Source of the DNA: an uncultured Poribacteria bacterium
GTDB taxonomy: Bacteria > Poribacteria > WGA-4E > WGA-3G
Direction: 5' to 3'
DNA length: 64,000 nt
NCBI GenBank assembly: GCA_951813565.1
Contig: OX638351.1
Location: 2,976,001-3,040,000, forward strand
A model generated the notes under the pieces. The model saw only the letters and a list, made by a program, of their open reading frames with translations, made no database searches and was not told the origin of the DNA. Below are positions 1-10,852 of this stretch, one piece after another (position 1 is the first letter of the stretch; every line of letters begins with the position of its first letter). Position numbers and translations under genes: made by a program.

Positions 1-1104
1 GTCTATCAGACGTCTATCTCCCGCTATATTCGTTTGTTTGCTATGCAACCCGAACGTTTTCCTGAAAATCGATGCGATATGTTCTCGTCCACCCCAGAAA
101 ACCGCAGGCACAAAAATAAGATAACCTCCCATCACTTGACGGCTACAACTTAGCCACGGACCGATTCCGAAGCCCGTTGCATTCATAACAATATATTGGA
201 GTTTGAAAAACAGAAAGAAAAACCAAAGGCTAAAGGACACTTCAAGCGTAAGCAACGCAGCTACGCCGATAACTGAAAAATAGATGGCGATGTTCATCGC
301 TGGCCACATTCCGAGTGTATGCCACGGTTTCTCGGTAAAAGCGCGGTGAATATTATAAATCAATGGGATTTCAGGCACCGTTGGAAAATGCGCGTGCAGT
401 CCGTTGAGGAAATGTATTAGCACCGGCAATGCCATCCCTATCCACAGTAATTTGTTTTTGAAAAAAGCGTTGAGAAGTGTTCCCTGTTCGGGCTGCGCTG
501 CAAGTTGAACTGGAATCTGGATTAAAGGGAATGAGAATCGTTCGCGTTCTATCCACTGCTTGCGGAGGATTGTGGATAAGCAAAGCGTTGTGAAATAAAA
601 AACAAGGACAAAAAGTCCCCAGATAAGCAATGGCTTGATCCAAGGTGACCACGGTACGGTTCCACCCGGTGAAAGCCCCTCATAAAAATCCGTTACGGCT
701 TGCGTATCCGTGACGATTAACCATTCTGGGATGTGTGGTTGAAGTGTTTCTGCCCAATCATTTTCGGGAGTTGTGAAATAACGCAGCGCAACAAGGCAGG
801 GTAGTAGAAACTGCAGCAGGCCCATTGAAGGAATGCCGACTGCGACAATCAGCATCATCCAAATGACTGTCAATTCAAGGGCAGAGAGTGAAAAGCGGCT
901 GTTTCGTGTCAACAAGCGTAAGGGTAAATTGACAACAAACACAAGTAGGAGCAGCCCAAAGATTGAACCTACAGGGAGGTGGTTACCCGCAATCCTTGAA
1001 TTCTCTAAAAAATAGTTGTTGTAGGGGGTGATTGCACATATTCCCCCTACTAAAAGCAGTCCGACAAGGATAGCAGAGAATCGGATTTTTGGGCGGCGAG
1101 GCAT
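1..1104 (-). CDS. Polytopic membrane protein, DUF6785/DUF6784-like (runs off window start)
   Basis: Manual translation from ATG 1104: MPRRPKIRFSAILVGLLLVGGICAITPYNNYFLENSRIAGNHLPVGS...; hydrophobic, resembles the protein at 27660-29552. Confidence 0.75.
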   Translation of the reverse strand, partial: MPRRPKIRFSAILVGLLLVGGICAITPYNNYFLENSRIAGNHLPVGSIFGLLLLVFVVNLPLRLLTRNSRFSLSALELTVIWMMLIVAVGIPSMGLLQFLLPCLVALRYFTTPENDWAETLQPHIPEWLIVTDTQAVTDFYEGLSPGGTVPWSPWIKPLLIWGLFVLVFYFTTLCLSTILRKQWIERERFSFPLIQIPVQLAAQPEQGTLLNAFFKNKLLWIGMALPVLIHFLNGLHAHFPTVPEIPLIYNIHRAFTEKPWHTLGMWPAMNIAIYFSVIGVAALLTLEVSFSLWFFFLFFKLQYIVMNATGFGIGPWLSCSRQVMGGYLIFVPAVFWGGREHIASIFRKTFGLHSKQTNIAGDRRLID

Positions 1105-1226
1105 ATATGAAATTTCCCTACGATGGATATTCGGTTCAAAACATTTCAATATGGATTGAACCACATGGCGCGGTGCAAAGCAGATTCTTCTCACCGCGCT
1201 ACACACCTGCCACCTAACTATTTCTC

Positions 1227-2687
1227 TTAATTTTCATCACTCCCATCACGAAGTACCGGATTATAGAGACAGAGTTCCGCATCTACAATTCTGCCATCAG
1301 GTAACGTATACTGATTTGGGGTGCCGCCGCCCCACGGTGCTGTCCAATCTTTACTGCGTTCTTTATCATTATCTTTCTTTTGCTGCACAGCTTCCCAAGA
1401 GAATCCTTCCATGAGTTGTTCATGTAGGGATGCTTCCAATTCACGATGTTCAGGTTTTCCAGTAAGATTCTCAAATTCGTCTGGGTCATTTTCTAAATCA
1501 AACAAGATGGATTCATCTTCAGGGAAAGCGACATACTTATAACGAGGTGTTCTCAACATACGCATCGGTCCAGTTGTTTGATTTGCCCAGTATTCGCTGA
1601 TTGCGGTGTTTCGCCAACCATCCGAATTTCCATTCATCAGATTTGACAAATCTGCACCGTCTAAATCGTCGGGAATCGGGATGCCTGCCCTTGCACATAG
1701 CGTCGGGAAAAGATCGTTTAATTCGACAGGAGCGTCAACACGTTTAACGTGTGTCCCTTCTGATCGTGTATCGTGTATAATGAGTGGCACTCGCGCTGCT
1801 GCTTCATAATAGCTGGATTTCCACCATTGCCCATGTTCACCAGCCATCTCACCGTGGTCGGTGGTATAAACGATAATTGTGTTCTCTAATAGACCATCGC
1901 GTTCTAAGATCGTCAGCAAATCACCGACACATTCATCCAAGAATTCGCAGCAGGCATAGTATGCCGCGCGCGCTTTGCGTGTCTCTTCCTCTGTAATGGC
2001 TGCTGTGTTGAAGGTCTTTCTTAATCCTGCCGCATAGCGGTGTGTCTGTTCCAAGTGTCCCGGTGGTATGTTAGGCATGTCCACATTATCGGGATAGTAT
2101 TTGTCAAGAAGCCGTTTGGGCGCGGTAAGTGGAAAGTGAGGACGACTGTAACTTGCGAGCAAAAACCACGGTTGGTCAGCAGGTTGTGATCTTAAGTATT
2201 CTATCGTTTCTTCGTTGACCACCCGTTCTTGTAGAAGACTCGATGGAATTTCTGTTACCCCAGCATCCTTTGTACGATTCTTGTTGTTCCGTAGTGGATC
2301 ACGTTGATGTCCAGCGCGTCCACGCAGATCACCATAAGGACGCGATTGAAATCCATTATGCTGCTCTTTTCCACCAAAGTGCATCTTCCCAACAAGCGCG
2401 GTCGCATATCCGTGTTCTGCAAAATGTGCAGGCATCGTGAGGTGTTCAGGATACAGGATTGAACCGTTATTCCAAGCGGAACAACGATGTGCGTATTTTC
2501 CTGTCAGCATACACATCCGTGAGGGAGTGCAAAGCGGGAATTGACAGTATGCCGCATTAAAGTAGTTTCCGGATTCTGCAAGCCGATCAAGGTGGGGGGT
2601 TTGGACAATATTATTGCCTTCACATCCGATAGCGTGTGGACTGTGTTCATCACTCTGGAGAAATAGGATATTCGGTTTTTGAGCCAT
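1227..2687 (-). CDS. Sulfatase (choline-sulfatase-like)
   Basis: KPNILFLQSDEH start, formylglycine motif CTPSR, GKMH, TDHG; AGGAGG SD before ATG 2687. Confidence 0.9.
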   Translation of the reverse strand: MAQKPNILFLQSDEHSPHAIGCEGNNIVQTPHLDRLAESGNYFNAAYCQFPLCTPSRMCMLTGKYAHRCSAWNNGSILYPEHLTMPAHFAEHGYATALVGKMHFGGKEQHNGFQSRPYGDLRGRAGHQRDPLRNNKNRTKDAGVTEIPSSLLQERVVNEETIEYLRSQPADQPWFLLASYSRPHFPLTAPKRLLDKYYPDNVDMPNIPPGHLEQTHRYAAGLRKTFNTAAITEEETRKARAAYYACCEFLDECVGDLLTILERDGLLENTIIVYTTDHGEMAGEHGQWWKSSYYEAAARVPLIIHDTRSEGTHVKRVDAPVELNDLFPTLCARAGIPIPDDLDGADLSNLMNGNSDGWRNTAISEYWANQTTGPMRMLRTPRYKYVAFPEDESILFDLENDPDEFENLTGKPEHRELEASLHEQLMEGFSWEAVQQKKDNDKERSKDWTAPWGGGTPNQYTLPDGRIVDAELCLYNPVLRDGSDEN

Positions 2688-2783
2688 GCTGCAATAGCCT
2701 CCTTTTACTGTTTGAATAAGGTAGTTCACCGTGCATGTAGAAATCAACCCCAAAGAGTAGCGCGATGTTCGAGTCTTTTTTTA

Positions 2784-3086
2784 ACGTGAGTTCGATATAA
2801 GAAATTGGTTCATCACGTAGATTCAATTGAACCAAAGACTGCCCAATACAACACTTAAAACGTCCGCCTTTGCTCCAGCGGAGCAATATGTTTATAGCAG
2901 CTATCCGCTCCAGCGGAGCGGTCCGTAATTTTATCACACATAGCACTCCGCTGGAGTGCTGGAATTTGGATATTGGGTTTTCTATAGACATGGCACTCCG
3001 CTGGAGTGCTGGAATATATCCGTCATCAATATGTGATAGTGTGATATTATTGTGTCAGATTTCTCTAACCTATGTCAAACTCACGT
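2784..3086. mobile_element. MITE with IS982-type ends carrying palindromic repeats
   Basis: Ends ACGTGAGTTCGAT...GTCAAACTCACGT, 6-bp TSD TTTTTA; internal GCTCCAGCGGAGC x2 and GCACTCCGCTGGAGTGC x2. Confidence 0.8.
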
Positions 3087-3277
3087 TTTTTAGCAAAATG
3101 TTGTGAAAAATCAACAAGTGTGAATCCCACAAGTTGTTTCGTCTCAGGGTGAAACCGCAGAATCAAATCATCAGCGTCCTCAACGTAGTCTGTATATTCG
3201 GGTTGACCTCGCGTTACATAAAGCACATCAGCTTCCTGATCATAGACAATTTTAAGCCCATCTTTATTGTGATTCAT
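3065..3277 (-). CDS. DUF2283-family small protein, 3' end interrupted by the MITE
   Basis: YDQEADVLYV...LVGFTLVDFS; the frame runs into the MITE at 3086. Confidence 0.7.
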   Translation of the reverse strand: MNHNKDGLKIVYDQEADVLYVTRGQPEYTDYVEDADDLILRFHPETKQLVGFTLVDFSQHFAKKREFDIG

Positions 3278-3483
3278 CTGACTCTTATTTTCTTTTGGTA
3301 TTCTGCCTTTCAGTTTACACGAATTCTCTACAATAATCAAGCAGAATTTGGGTAGGTAGAACACACATTGACCTTGATTCTGTGTCTCACCAACGTCCTA
3401 CTTGCAAAAGGACGGACACACAAACCCACGATAGTGAATGGAAAAACTGATTGCTGATAACTGATTGCTAACAACCAATTTTC

Positions 3484-5496
3484 TCAATGTGGAGGTTCGG
3501 CTTTTCGTTTACCGACACCCATTTGAATTGCAGGAAGGATGGTATCTGAAATATTGATGGAATAGTCGAAGATTGTCCAACCGGAAGCACCTAAGAAGCG
3601 TGCAAGATGGATCTGCCCAACCACAGCATCTGGTGTTAGGAGGGAGTTAGATGCTGTCGCGCCGATACCCGGATAAATCGCTACACCTTTTGGCATAAGG
3701 GCAAGTTGCTTCTCTAATAGGTCGGTAAAATATTTGGTGTCTTCAGTATAGTTCATCGGGCAAACGAAATCAACATAACCAGCTTTTGCCCACGCAATCC
3801 AATCCTGTCCGATAGATGTTACACAGTCAGGATAGGCACCGAAAACTGCAGTTGAAATTTTTATATTAGGTTTTATCTCACGTGTGCGTTTGTGGATCAA
3901 ACGCACTAAACGGGTTATCTGTTGTGCGCGCCATTCAATATACGCCTCGCTGTGTTGTCCAGTTCTTGGCAACACAGATGCGGGCCATTCCTGAATATGT
4001 TGTCGCGTTGCAAGCATGAATCTTTTATGGCACTCATCACAATAACACGCTCGGCTTCCCGGATAACGGATATAATCGAGGTGGATACCGTCAACATCGT
4101 AGTTCTGCACAATTTCAGTGATAGCATTCAATTCCAACAGCACGTTTTCTGGATTCGAAGGGCAAAGCCAATTGATTGAGTCGCCTGTTGATGAGATTTG
4201 AGTTCGTCCATCTTTTTTCATTTTATCCACAAACTCTTTCGGTGCACCTTCCAAATTCCATGTTATCTTCCACACATGGACTTCCAAATTGTGCTTATGC
4301 GCTGCCTTAACGCATTGTGCAATTTGGTCACCGTATTTCGTAAACTTTGTACTCTGGGGCAACACGCTACTATCGTAATGCGCTAAACCACCCCATGCCA
4401 TATTCGGAAAAATCATGTTAATGCCCGCAGCAGCCAATTCCTTAGCAGAACGTTCCCAGTCGCCAGGGTATGCCCCAAGACCTGAATGATTCCATAAGGC
4501 GCGTCCTTCCGTTTCATCGCTGAAATGTGACAGAAAATACGCTTTTGAAAGTACATCTTGACTCTCCCGCGCTGCGGTCATCGCTTCGTAATAATCCTTA
4601 CGTGCATATTCAGTTCGTGCTTGCGTCGTCAAGGTCTTTCCCGTTTGTAACGCTTGCTTCGCTTCAGAAAGCCCGCCATACCCCACAAATTTCGTTAAGC
4701 TGTCAAGGTTATTGATGTGTCCGAAAGTTGTCATCGCTTCCAATTCACGTTTTGCGATTGCATGCTGAAATTCAGGGACGAGATGTCCGAGAAGTGCCGC
4801 GAGGAGTTGTGTTTTGGTTCGGATATCGTCAGGAAGAAAGACGTGGCTGAAAAATACACCTGTTTTGTTTAAGAAAAAAGCAGGATATCCGCTCAATTTA
4901 CCCTCTGCATTGTGCCACTGTCCGATAATTCTTGTTTGTGGGTCGGTAGATTCTACCACAGTAATATTCCACGATGCTTGCCGCACGGATTTTGGAATTC
5001 CTAATATGTCAGGTGCATCAAATTGAATGGAAGCGAACTGACCAGAGGTTTCTTGGCGCAGCCATTTTATACTACGTAAATTCAGAAGTGATGCAACCTC
5101 ATCTGCAAGGTTATAGGTCACAAATAGTTTGCCACCGCGTGCTACAAAACTTTTTAGGAGAGGGGCAGTTTTAAGTGAGATTTTTGGATTGAGCGGAAGG
5201 ATTATTAACCGATACGGATTGGAAGATGTCTTTTGTAAGCGCGAAACATTGGTAGCAGATGACTCTTCCAATTGGTCTGCGGAAAAACCGATGCTTTTCA
5301 ACATGCGGACAAAACGTCTGCTGACAGAACGTGCATAGTCCACATCACCTTGTGCTACGCCAGACGCTGTTGACGGTAATAGGATCGCAATATCTGCCTG
5401 TTGTGCAGCGATGTCGGTTAACGCTCCGCTCCAGCAGACGAAAATAAATATAATATGCGTGGAAAAGGTTTTGAACCATAACTTTTTCCAATGCAT
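3484..5496 (-). CDS. GHL10 (DUF187-like) glycoside hydrolase with N-terminal extension
   Basis: WLCPSNP, YDVDGIHLDYIRYP, GQDW..W...GYVDFVCPMNY; start placed at MHWKK because the longer ORF starts in a repeat. Confidence 0.8.
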   Translation of the reverse strand: MHWKKLWFKTFSTHIIFIFVCWSGALTDIAAQQADIAILLPSTASGVAQGDVDYARSVSRRFVRMLKSIGFSADQLEESSATNVSRLQKTSSNPYRLIILPLNPKISLKTAPLLKSFVARGGKLFVTYNLADEVASLLNLRSIKWLRQETSGQFASIQFDAPDILGIPKSVRQASWNITVVESTDPQTRIIGQWHNAEGKLSGYPAFFLNKTGVFFSHVFLPDDIRTKTQLLAALLGHLVPEFQHAIAKRELEAMTTFGHINNLDSLTKFVGYGGLSEAKQALQTGKTLTTQARTEYARKDYYEAMTAARESQDVLSKAYFLSHFSDETEGRALWNHSGLGAYPGDWERSAKELAAAGINMIFPNMAWGGLAHYDSSVLPQSTKFTKYGDQIAQCVKAAHKHNLEVHVWKITWNLEGAPKEFVDKMKKDGRTQISSTGDSINWLCPSNPENVLLELNAITEIVQNYDVDGIHLDYIRYPGSRACYCDECHKRFMLATRQHIQEWPASVLPRTGQHSEAYIEWRAQQITRLVRLIHKRTREIKPNIKISTAVFGAYPDCVTSIGQDWIAWAKAGYVDFVCPMNYTEDTKYFTDLLEKQLALMPKGVAIYPGIGATASNSLLTPDAVVGQIHLARFLGASGWTIFDYSINISDTILPAIQMGVGKRKAEPPH

Positions 5497-5593
5497 TATT
5501 CCAAATAACATAACCGGTTTCCCCCAGCAAAATGGTTTGCCGGTTTTTATACCATTTTGAATGATGGTTCTATTATTATCAAAACAGGCGTTT

Positions 5594-5659
5594 GTAGTCG
5601 CGCAATTCATTGCCAAATCAACGCCAAATGCGCGTTTGGCATTTGGCGCCTCGGACATT
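5594..5659 (+). repeat. GTAG-REP hairpin with a 34-nt AATCAAC-hairpin insertion
   Basis: GTAGTCGCGCAATTCATTGC[5614-5647]GCCTCGGACATT; uninterrupted copy at 12399. Confidence 0.8.
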
Positions 5660-5734
5660 CTTCAATTCAATGTGAAATCAAATCTCACAATGAAATTTAT
5701 TTTCAGAAATGGTATTATACTCCTATACCTCTGC

Positions 5735-7165
5735 CTAACGTTTTGTTGTTGCCAAATACTTATTGGGTAGATCAGAATTATCTTGACTGATTTGTGCGGT
5801 ACTTCCTAAAAACTTCTCAATACCTCGGACAATAGCAGCGGCTACTTTTTGTTGATATGCATCCGAAGTAAGTTTATTTCCTTCCGTTGGATTCGTCACA
5901 AATCCTGTTTCAACGAGAATAGCAGGAACACTTGTACCAATGAGTACAACAAAACGTGCATGTTTTACACCACGGTCTACTGCACCTGTGGCGTCCACCA
6001 ATTCCTGCTGCACATATTTTGCCAATCGACGGCTATCCTTACTTTTACTCTCTACTATTAGTCCTTTTAAAAGAGTTTCCAATTCTTGTATGCTATACCC
6101 GGAGTTTGCATTTTCTCGCGCTGCGATGATTTCTGCGTTTTTATCTGTGCTCTTCACATCTAAATAATAAGTTTCAATGCCGTTGGCTCTCGAATTTCCA
6201 CTTGCATTGGCATGAATGCTCAAAAACAGGTCAGCCTTGTGTCTGGTAGCAAACGCTGTTCGTTCCTTCAACGAAATAAAACGGTCAGTATCTCGTGTTA
6301 GAAGAACCGTGTAACCTTTTGCAGTTAAGATCGCACCGATTTTCTTTGAAATATTCAGCACAATAGGTTTTTCTATGATATCTCTTGCGCTGCCACCTCC
6401 TGGATCTTTCCCACCGTGTCCAGCGTCTATCACAATCGTCTTAGCAGTTAATCCGAATTCACGTATAAGGGATCCGGGTGTTAACGCCTCTGGTTCAGCG
6501 GTAGGGGGTGCTGGTTTAACTTGCGGTTGAGTAGGGGTCTCATCCGGAGGTGTTGTAGGATTCTGTGGTGCCTTTAACTCCTGAAGTTCTTTAGAGGCAG
6601 TAGATACAATCTCTTTACTGTTGGCGGATTCAAGGATCTCAACGTAAAGCGTTTCAGCACGTGTTTTGTATCCATGCTCAGCATAAGTGCGTCCTAACGC
6701 CAACTGTGCCTCTGCTGCTAAGTCTGTCCCAGCATATCGGTTTGTAACAATCTGGTAGTGATGTGCTGCACGGGCAGAATCACCTATCAGCGTGTAGCAA
6801 CGGGCTATCCAGTAGTGTGCCTGAGGTAAATGCTCCGAATCTGGATAAGTATAAATTAATCTTCTAAATGCTGCAATGGCGCTTTGCGGTGCCTCAGAAT
6901 CGCCTTCTTTTATGCACCAAACCCAACAGGAAGCGATAGCATACTGTGCGTCATCTGCCGATGCATTTTCTGTATCCGCACGAATAACGTCTTCTAACTC
7001 CGTTATTAACGCATGCCATTCGTCAAGGGTCGCGTATTTCTCACCACTTGTATAGTTGTAATGTTGATCCGCTAACTGATTATAAGTCGGCATGGACATG
7101 GTAGCGCAGCCTGAGGATAGGACTGCTAACAATAGGATTATCATCCAGACAGGACACAATTTCAT
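5735..7165 (-). CDS. N-acetylmuramoyl-L-alanine amidase (Amidase_3) lipoprotein with TPR region
   Basis: Lipobox-like LSSGC, TPR helices, Pro-rich linker, IDAGHGGKDPG, SIHANA, LVETGF. Confidence 0.9.
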   Translation of the reverse strand: MKLCPVWMIILLLAVLSSGCATMSMPTYNQLADQHYNYTSGEKYATLDEWHALITELEDVIRADTENASADDAQYAIASCWVWCIKEGDSEAPQSAIAAFRRLIYTYPDSEHLPQAHYWIARCYTLIGDSARAAHHYQIVTNRYAGTDLAAEAQLALGRTYAEHGYKTRAETLYVEILESANSKEIVSTASKELQELKAPQNPTTPPDETPTQPQVKPAPPTAEPEALTPGSLIREFGLTAKTIVIDAGHGGKDPGGGSARDIIEKPIVLNISKKIGAILTAKGYTVLLTRDTDRFISLKERTAFATRHKADLFLSIHANASGNSRANGIETYYLDVKSTDKNAEIIAARENANSGYSIQELETLLKGLIVESKSKDSRRLAKYVQQELVDATGAVDRGVKHARFVVLIGTSVPAILVETGFVTNPTEGNKLTSDAYQQKVAAAIVRGIEKFLGSTAQISQDNSDLPNKYLATTKR

Positions 7166-7494
7166 GTATTTTACTCCTGCACATATATCAATTATGACGT
7201 TGTCCGCAAACTCCCCTCTAAAATGCGGAAATATGATTTTCTTTATGTATTTTATGTTATGAGATAAAACGAAAATCTACAACTTTCGTTACTAAAAAAG
7301 ACCGATAAAGATGCGGAAATAGTTGCTGGTTCAATGTGTATTAAGAGTTGTCTGAATTATAGATTTCATTGACTTATTAGTCCAATCACATTATAATTGT
7401 TGCAACTTATGCAATCCAGAAACTTTCCAAACTTTAGGGAATTGCAGTCTAAAATCCGTTAGACCTGAAATCCAAATCCAAGGAGAACTTAACA

Positions 7495-9426
7495 ATGAAA
7501 ACAGCCTTAACATTACTAATTTTTTTAACTGTGTTTTCCATAAACACCTCTGCACAAGATTTTCATTATACTCCCCTTGAGGGGCATACAAGATCCGTTA
7601 CCAGAATCGTATTCAGTCCTGACGGAACGATGCTTGCAAGCGCGAGTGAAGACAGAACAATTCGCATATGGGATGCTGCTACAGGAGCACATAAGCATAA
7701 ACTCATTGGTCATAATGCTTATATCTACTCTGTCGCGTTTAGTCCAGATGGATTGACACTCGCAAGTGGAAGCGAAAATGGTAAAATTCGTCTTTGGGAT
7801 GTCACCACGGGTCAATATAGGGTGACTCTTGAAGGACATCGTAATGCTGTCAGGAGTGTTGCATTTAGTCCCGATGGTAAAACACTCGCAAGCGGAAGTA
7901 ATGATTATACAATACGCTTGTGGAATGCTACCACTGGTTTATACAGAGTAACACTTGAAGGGCATTCTGAATATGTAAATAGTGTTGCCTTCAGTCCTGA
8001 TGGTAAAACACTCGCAAGCGGAAGTAATGATAGAACAATACGCTTATGGGATGCTACCACTGGTTTCCATCAACAAACCCTCACCGGGCACAATAGCCGG
8101 ATTTACAATATCTCGTTTATAGAGGATGGGCAGACAATTGCGAGTAAGAGTGATGATGGAACTGTCCGCTTATGGGATGCCACCACTGGCCAAGACAAGG
8201 AAACCCTTAATGTTAGTAATTTGCGGTACGTTTCAATAAACTCAGATGGGACAATGCTTGCAGGTGTGCAAAATCGCAGAATTTCACTATGGGATATTGC
8301 AACCGAAATTGAAGTAGCGTCACTCATGGGTCATACTTCTGATATTTATAGTCTTACGTTCAGTCCGGGAGGAAAAATATTAGCGAGTGGAAGTAGTGAT
8401 AGAACAATTCGCTTATGGGATCTCTCCACCCATGTTAACATTACACCTTCTACCGTTGAAGCCCCACCTGTTGGGAAACAATTTGAAATTAATATCAACA
8501 TTGCTGGAGGACAAGATGTTAGAGGTTATAAAATCACTATAGATTACGATAGCGAGTCACTACAGTATGTATCTCATGCTAACGGTGATTATCTTTCTGA
8601 CGATGTTTTTGAAGGTCCAACAGTAAGTCAACGAGGACAAGTATCATTTATCAATATATCTACTGCGGATGCTGGCAGCGGTGACGGCACACTTGCTACG
8701 ATAACCTTTAAAGTTATTTCACGCAGTGCTTCAACAATCAGTTTATCCGCAATGCTTTCTAACAGTGACGGCAATAGATTGCCTTATATAGTTATTTCTG
8801 GAAAGGTAGTAGAACCTCCATGGGATGTTAACGGTGATGGATCTGTAGATATATTAGATCTATCGTTCGTCGCTGCGCGTTTTGGACAAGAAGATCAAAC
8901 TGTGGCAGATGTAAATGGTGATGGCGTTGTTGACATTAAAGACCTTGTTGTCGTTGCCAGCGGGGTAGAGGCTGCTGCAGCCGCACCTTCTTCATATTCA
9001 CAGGCATTGACACTGTTCACTGCAACAGACATGCAAAAATGGTTATCACAAGCACAGCAGCTAAACCTCACAGATGCCACCTCACAGCGCGGTATTCACT
9101 TTTTAGAGCAACTCTTGGCAGCATTAACACCAAAAAAGACATCCCTATTGCCGAATTATCCGAACCCGTTCAATCCAGAAACGTGGATACCGTATCAGTT
9201 AGCAGAGTCTGCGGATGTTACGGTGACTATCTATGCAGTAGATGGTAAGGTGGTACGCAGGTTGGCATTAGGGCATAAGTCTGTCGGTATCTATCAAGGC
9301 AAGAGTCGTGCAGCACATTGGAATGGTAAAAATGCACTCGGTGAACCTGTTGCAAGCGGCGTGTATTTCTATACGCTAAAAGCAGAGGATTTTACTGCAA
9401 CGCGAAAAATGTTGATACGGAAGTAA
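7495..9426 (+). CDS. Secreted WD40 + cohesin + dockerin-like + C-terminal FlgD/T9SS-type sorting domain protein
   Basis: Signal peptide, about 7 WD40 repeats, DVNGDG x2, LLPNYPNPFNPETWIPYQL...RKMLIRK. Confidence 0.9.
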   Translation: MKTALTLLIFLTVFSINTSAQDFHYTPLEGHTRSVTRIVFSPDGTMLASASEDRTIRIWDAATGAHKHKLIGHNAYIYSVAFSPDGLTLASGSENGKIRLWDVTTGQYRVTLEGHRNAVRSVAFSPDGKTLASGSNDYTIRLWNATTGLYRVTLEGHSEYVNSVAFSPDGKTLASGSNDRTIRLWDATTGFHQQTLTGHNSRIYNISFIEDGQTIASKSDDGTVRLWDATTGQDKETLNVSNLRYVSINSDGTMLAGVQNRRISLWDIATEIEVASLMGHTSDIYSLTFSPGGKILASGSSDRTIRLWDLSTHVNITPSTVEAPPVGKQFEININIAGGQDVRGYKITIDYDSESLQYVSHANGDYLSDDVFEGPTVSQRGQVSFINISTADAGSGDGTLATITFKVISRSASTISLSAMLSNSDGNRLPYIVISGKVVEPPWDVNGDGSVDILDLSFVAARFGQEDQTVADVNGDGVVDIKDLVVVASGVEAAAAAPSSYSQALTLFTATDMQKWLSQAQQLNLTDATSQRGIHFLEQLLAALTPKKTSLLPNYPNPFNPETWIPYQLAESADVTVTIYAVDGKVVRRLALGHKSVGIYQGKSRAAHWNGKNALGEPVASGVYFYTLKAEDFTATRKMLIRK

Positions 9427-9509
9427 AGTTTTCTGCTGCTGTAGGGGAACGATACGAATCCCTCCTTTCTTCTCAAAAAACTTGACATCTTTCCTTCTTT
9501 GTGATACGC

Positions 9510-9920
9510 GGGTGAGTAAATATTTGGTTACATAGGTTCAATTTGCAATGATTACGCGGCGTTTTCCACTGTAGAACGGGGTCCCGGGGAATGCCATAAG
9601 GCATTCATACCGTTGATTTGGTGCCCCATAGCCGTCAATTTAAGGATATACCCTCTTGTGGGAGCGAATCAACGCAGCATGCGCGTTTGGCATGCTGCCA
9701 AATCAACGCCAAATGCGCTTTTTGGCATTTGTCGGGTTTTCAACCCCGATAAATACATATAAATCGGGCTTATAAAGCCCTCCCACAAGAGGCAATCTGG
9801 TAATTGTGTGCTTAAATTGACGCCTATGGGCGGGGTCCCGGGGAATGCCATAAGGCATTCCCCGGAGACCCGCCCCTACAATAGGAGTTGTGCGGATTTC
9901 TACAAAAACTTTACACACCC
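9510..9920. mobile_element. MITE (GGGTGTGTAAA-type ends) with nested inserts
   Basis: GGGTGAGTAAA...TTTACACACCC, 9-bp TSD GTGATACGC; short relative at 57624-57717. Confidence 0.85.
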
Positions 9921-10030
9921 GTGATACGCTTATAAACAGATTCTAAAGTATGCTATATGCAAAATTTTTGGAGAAAACATAAATATAGACACAAGCCAGC
10001 TGTTTTTGGTAGCCTAATGAGGCGTTGAAA

Positions 10031-10444
10031 ATGAAACACACGACAAAAATTGAACTTGCAAATCTACAAGACCTGAATTTGGCAAATGCAGGCGTTATCA
10101 AACCCGAAGAGGTTCGGCGCGCTACTGTTGAAAATGCACTCGTCTATACTGGAGCGACCCGGTTGTCGTTACCGAAATCCCTCATTGAACAACTCGGCTT
10201 GACGCCTGTCGGAACCACGCGAGCGAGGACAGCAAACGGTATTGTAGACCGGATAATTTATTCGACGGTCGAATTTACGGTATTGGACCGAAAGGAGACT
10301 ATTCGGGTAACGGACTTGCCAGAAGATACGCCTGTCCTTGTTGGGCACATGATTTTGGAACTCCTTGATCTCTGTCTTGATATCAAAAAAGGGTTGATCT
10401 ACAACCCTGACCACGACAATGAATGGATTGAAGACCAACTTTGA
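10031..10444 (+). CDS. Clan AA aspartyl-protease-like protein, catalytic Asp replaced by Tyr
   Basis: ALVYTGATRLSLP (family pattern ALVDTGA), VLVGHMILELLDL. Confidence 0.7.
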   Translation: MKHTTKIELANLQDLNLANAGVIKPEEVRRATVENALVYTGATRLSLPKSLIEQLGLTPVGTTRARTANGIVDRIIYSTVEFTVLDRKETIRVTDLPEDTPVLVGHMILELLDLCLDIKKGLIYNPDHDNEWIEDQL

Positions 10445-10512
10445 CAACTTCAACGAGGAAAGAGATATTACCCAAATAATTTCTGAATATTTTCAGAAAA
10501 AATCAAATTTTC

Positions 10513-10541
10513 TTGACAAACTGCATCGGACGTGTTATACT
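10513..10541 (+). promoter_or_regulatory. sigma70 promoter of the tRNA operon
   Basis: TTGACA-N17-TATACT about 40 bp before tRNA-Val. Confidence 0.75.
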
Positions 10542-10583
10542 TAATACCGTCCTTGAGATGAGATGATGTCACAATCTCATTTT

Positions 10584-10657
10584 GGGCGGGTAGCTCAGGT
10601 GGCTAGAGCGACAGCCTTACAAGCTGTAGGTCACAGGTTCAAGTCCTGTCCCGCCTA
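10584..10657 (+). tRNA. tRNA-Val(TAC)
   Basis: Acceptor GGGCGGG/CCCGCCT, anticodon arm ACAGC-CTTACAA-GCTGT, GGTTCAAGTCC; CCA not encoded. Confidence 0.95.
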
Positions 10658-10676
10658 CTTGTTAGAGGCATCTTAT

Positions 10677-10751
10677 GGGCTCGTGGCGCAGATGGTTTAG
10701 CGCGCCTGCCTGTCACGCAGGAGGTCGCGGGTTCAAGTCCCGTCGGGCCCG
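10677..10751 (+). tRNA. tRNA-Asp(GTC)
   Basis: Acceptor GGGCTCG/CGGGCCC, anticodon arm CCTGC-CTGTCAC-GCAGG, GGTTCAAGTCC. Confidence 0.95.
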
Positions 10752-10769
10752 TTTACATTATGAAGAATT

Positions 10770-10805
10770 AGCCACAGGTTGTGCCTTACAACGCTGTGGT
10801 TTTTT
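10770..10805 (+). terminator. Intrinsic terminator-like hairpin after the tRNAs
   Basis: AGCCACAG...CTGTGGTT followed by a T-run. Confidence 0.55.
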
Positions 10806-10852
10806 CGTTACAGGACACCAACATCATCCTATAATAGAGGAGCAAAACCGCA

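Noticed and set aside
5614..5647. AATCAAC hairpins as integron attC sites
   Set aside because: Too short, GTTGATT does not fit GTTRRRY, and there is no cassette organisation or integrase in the window
5497..5658. N-terminal extension of the GHL10 ORF (likewise iscS 61754-61846, glpK 43289-43366, sulfatase 2688-2753)
   Set aside because: The extensions read through repeats or intergenic DNA; family-like sequence starts downstream
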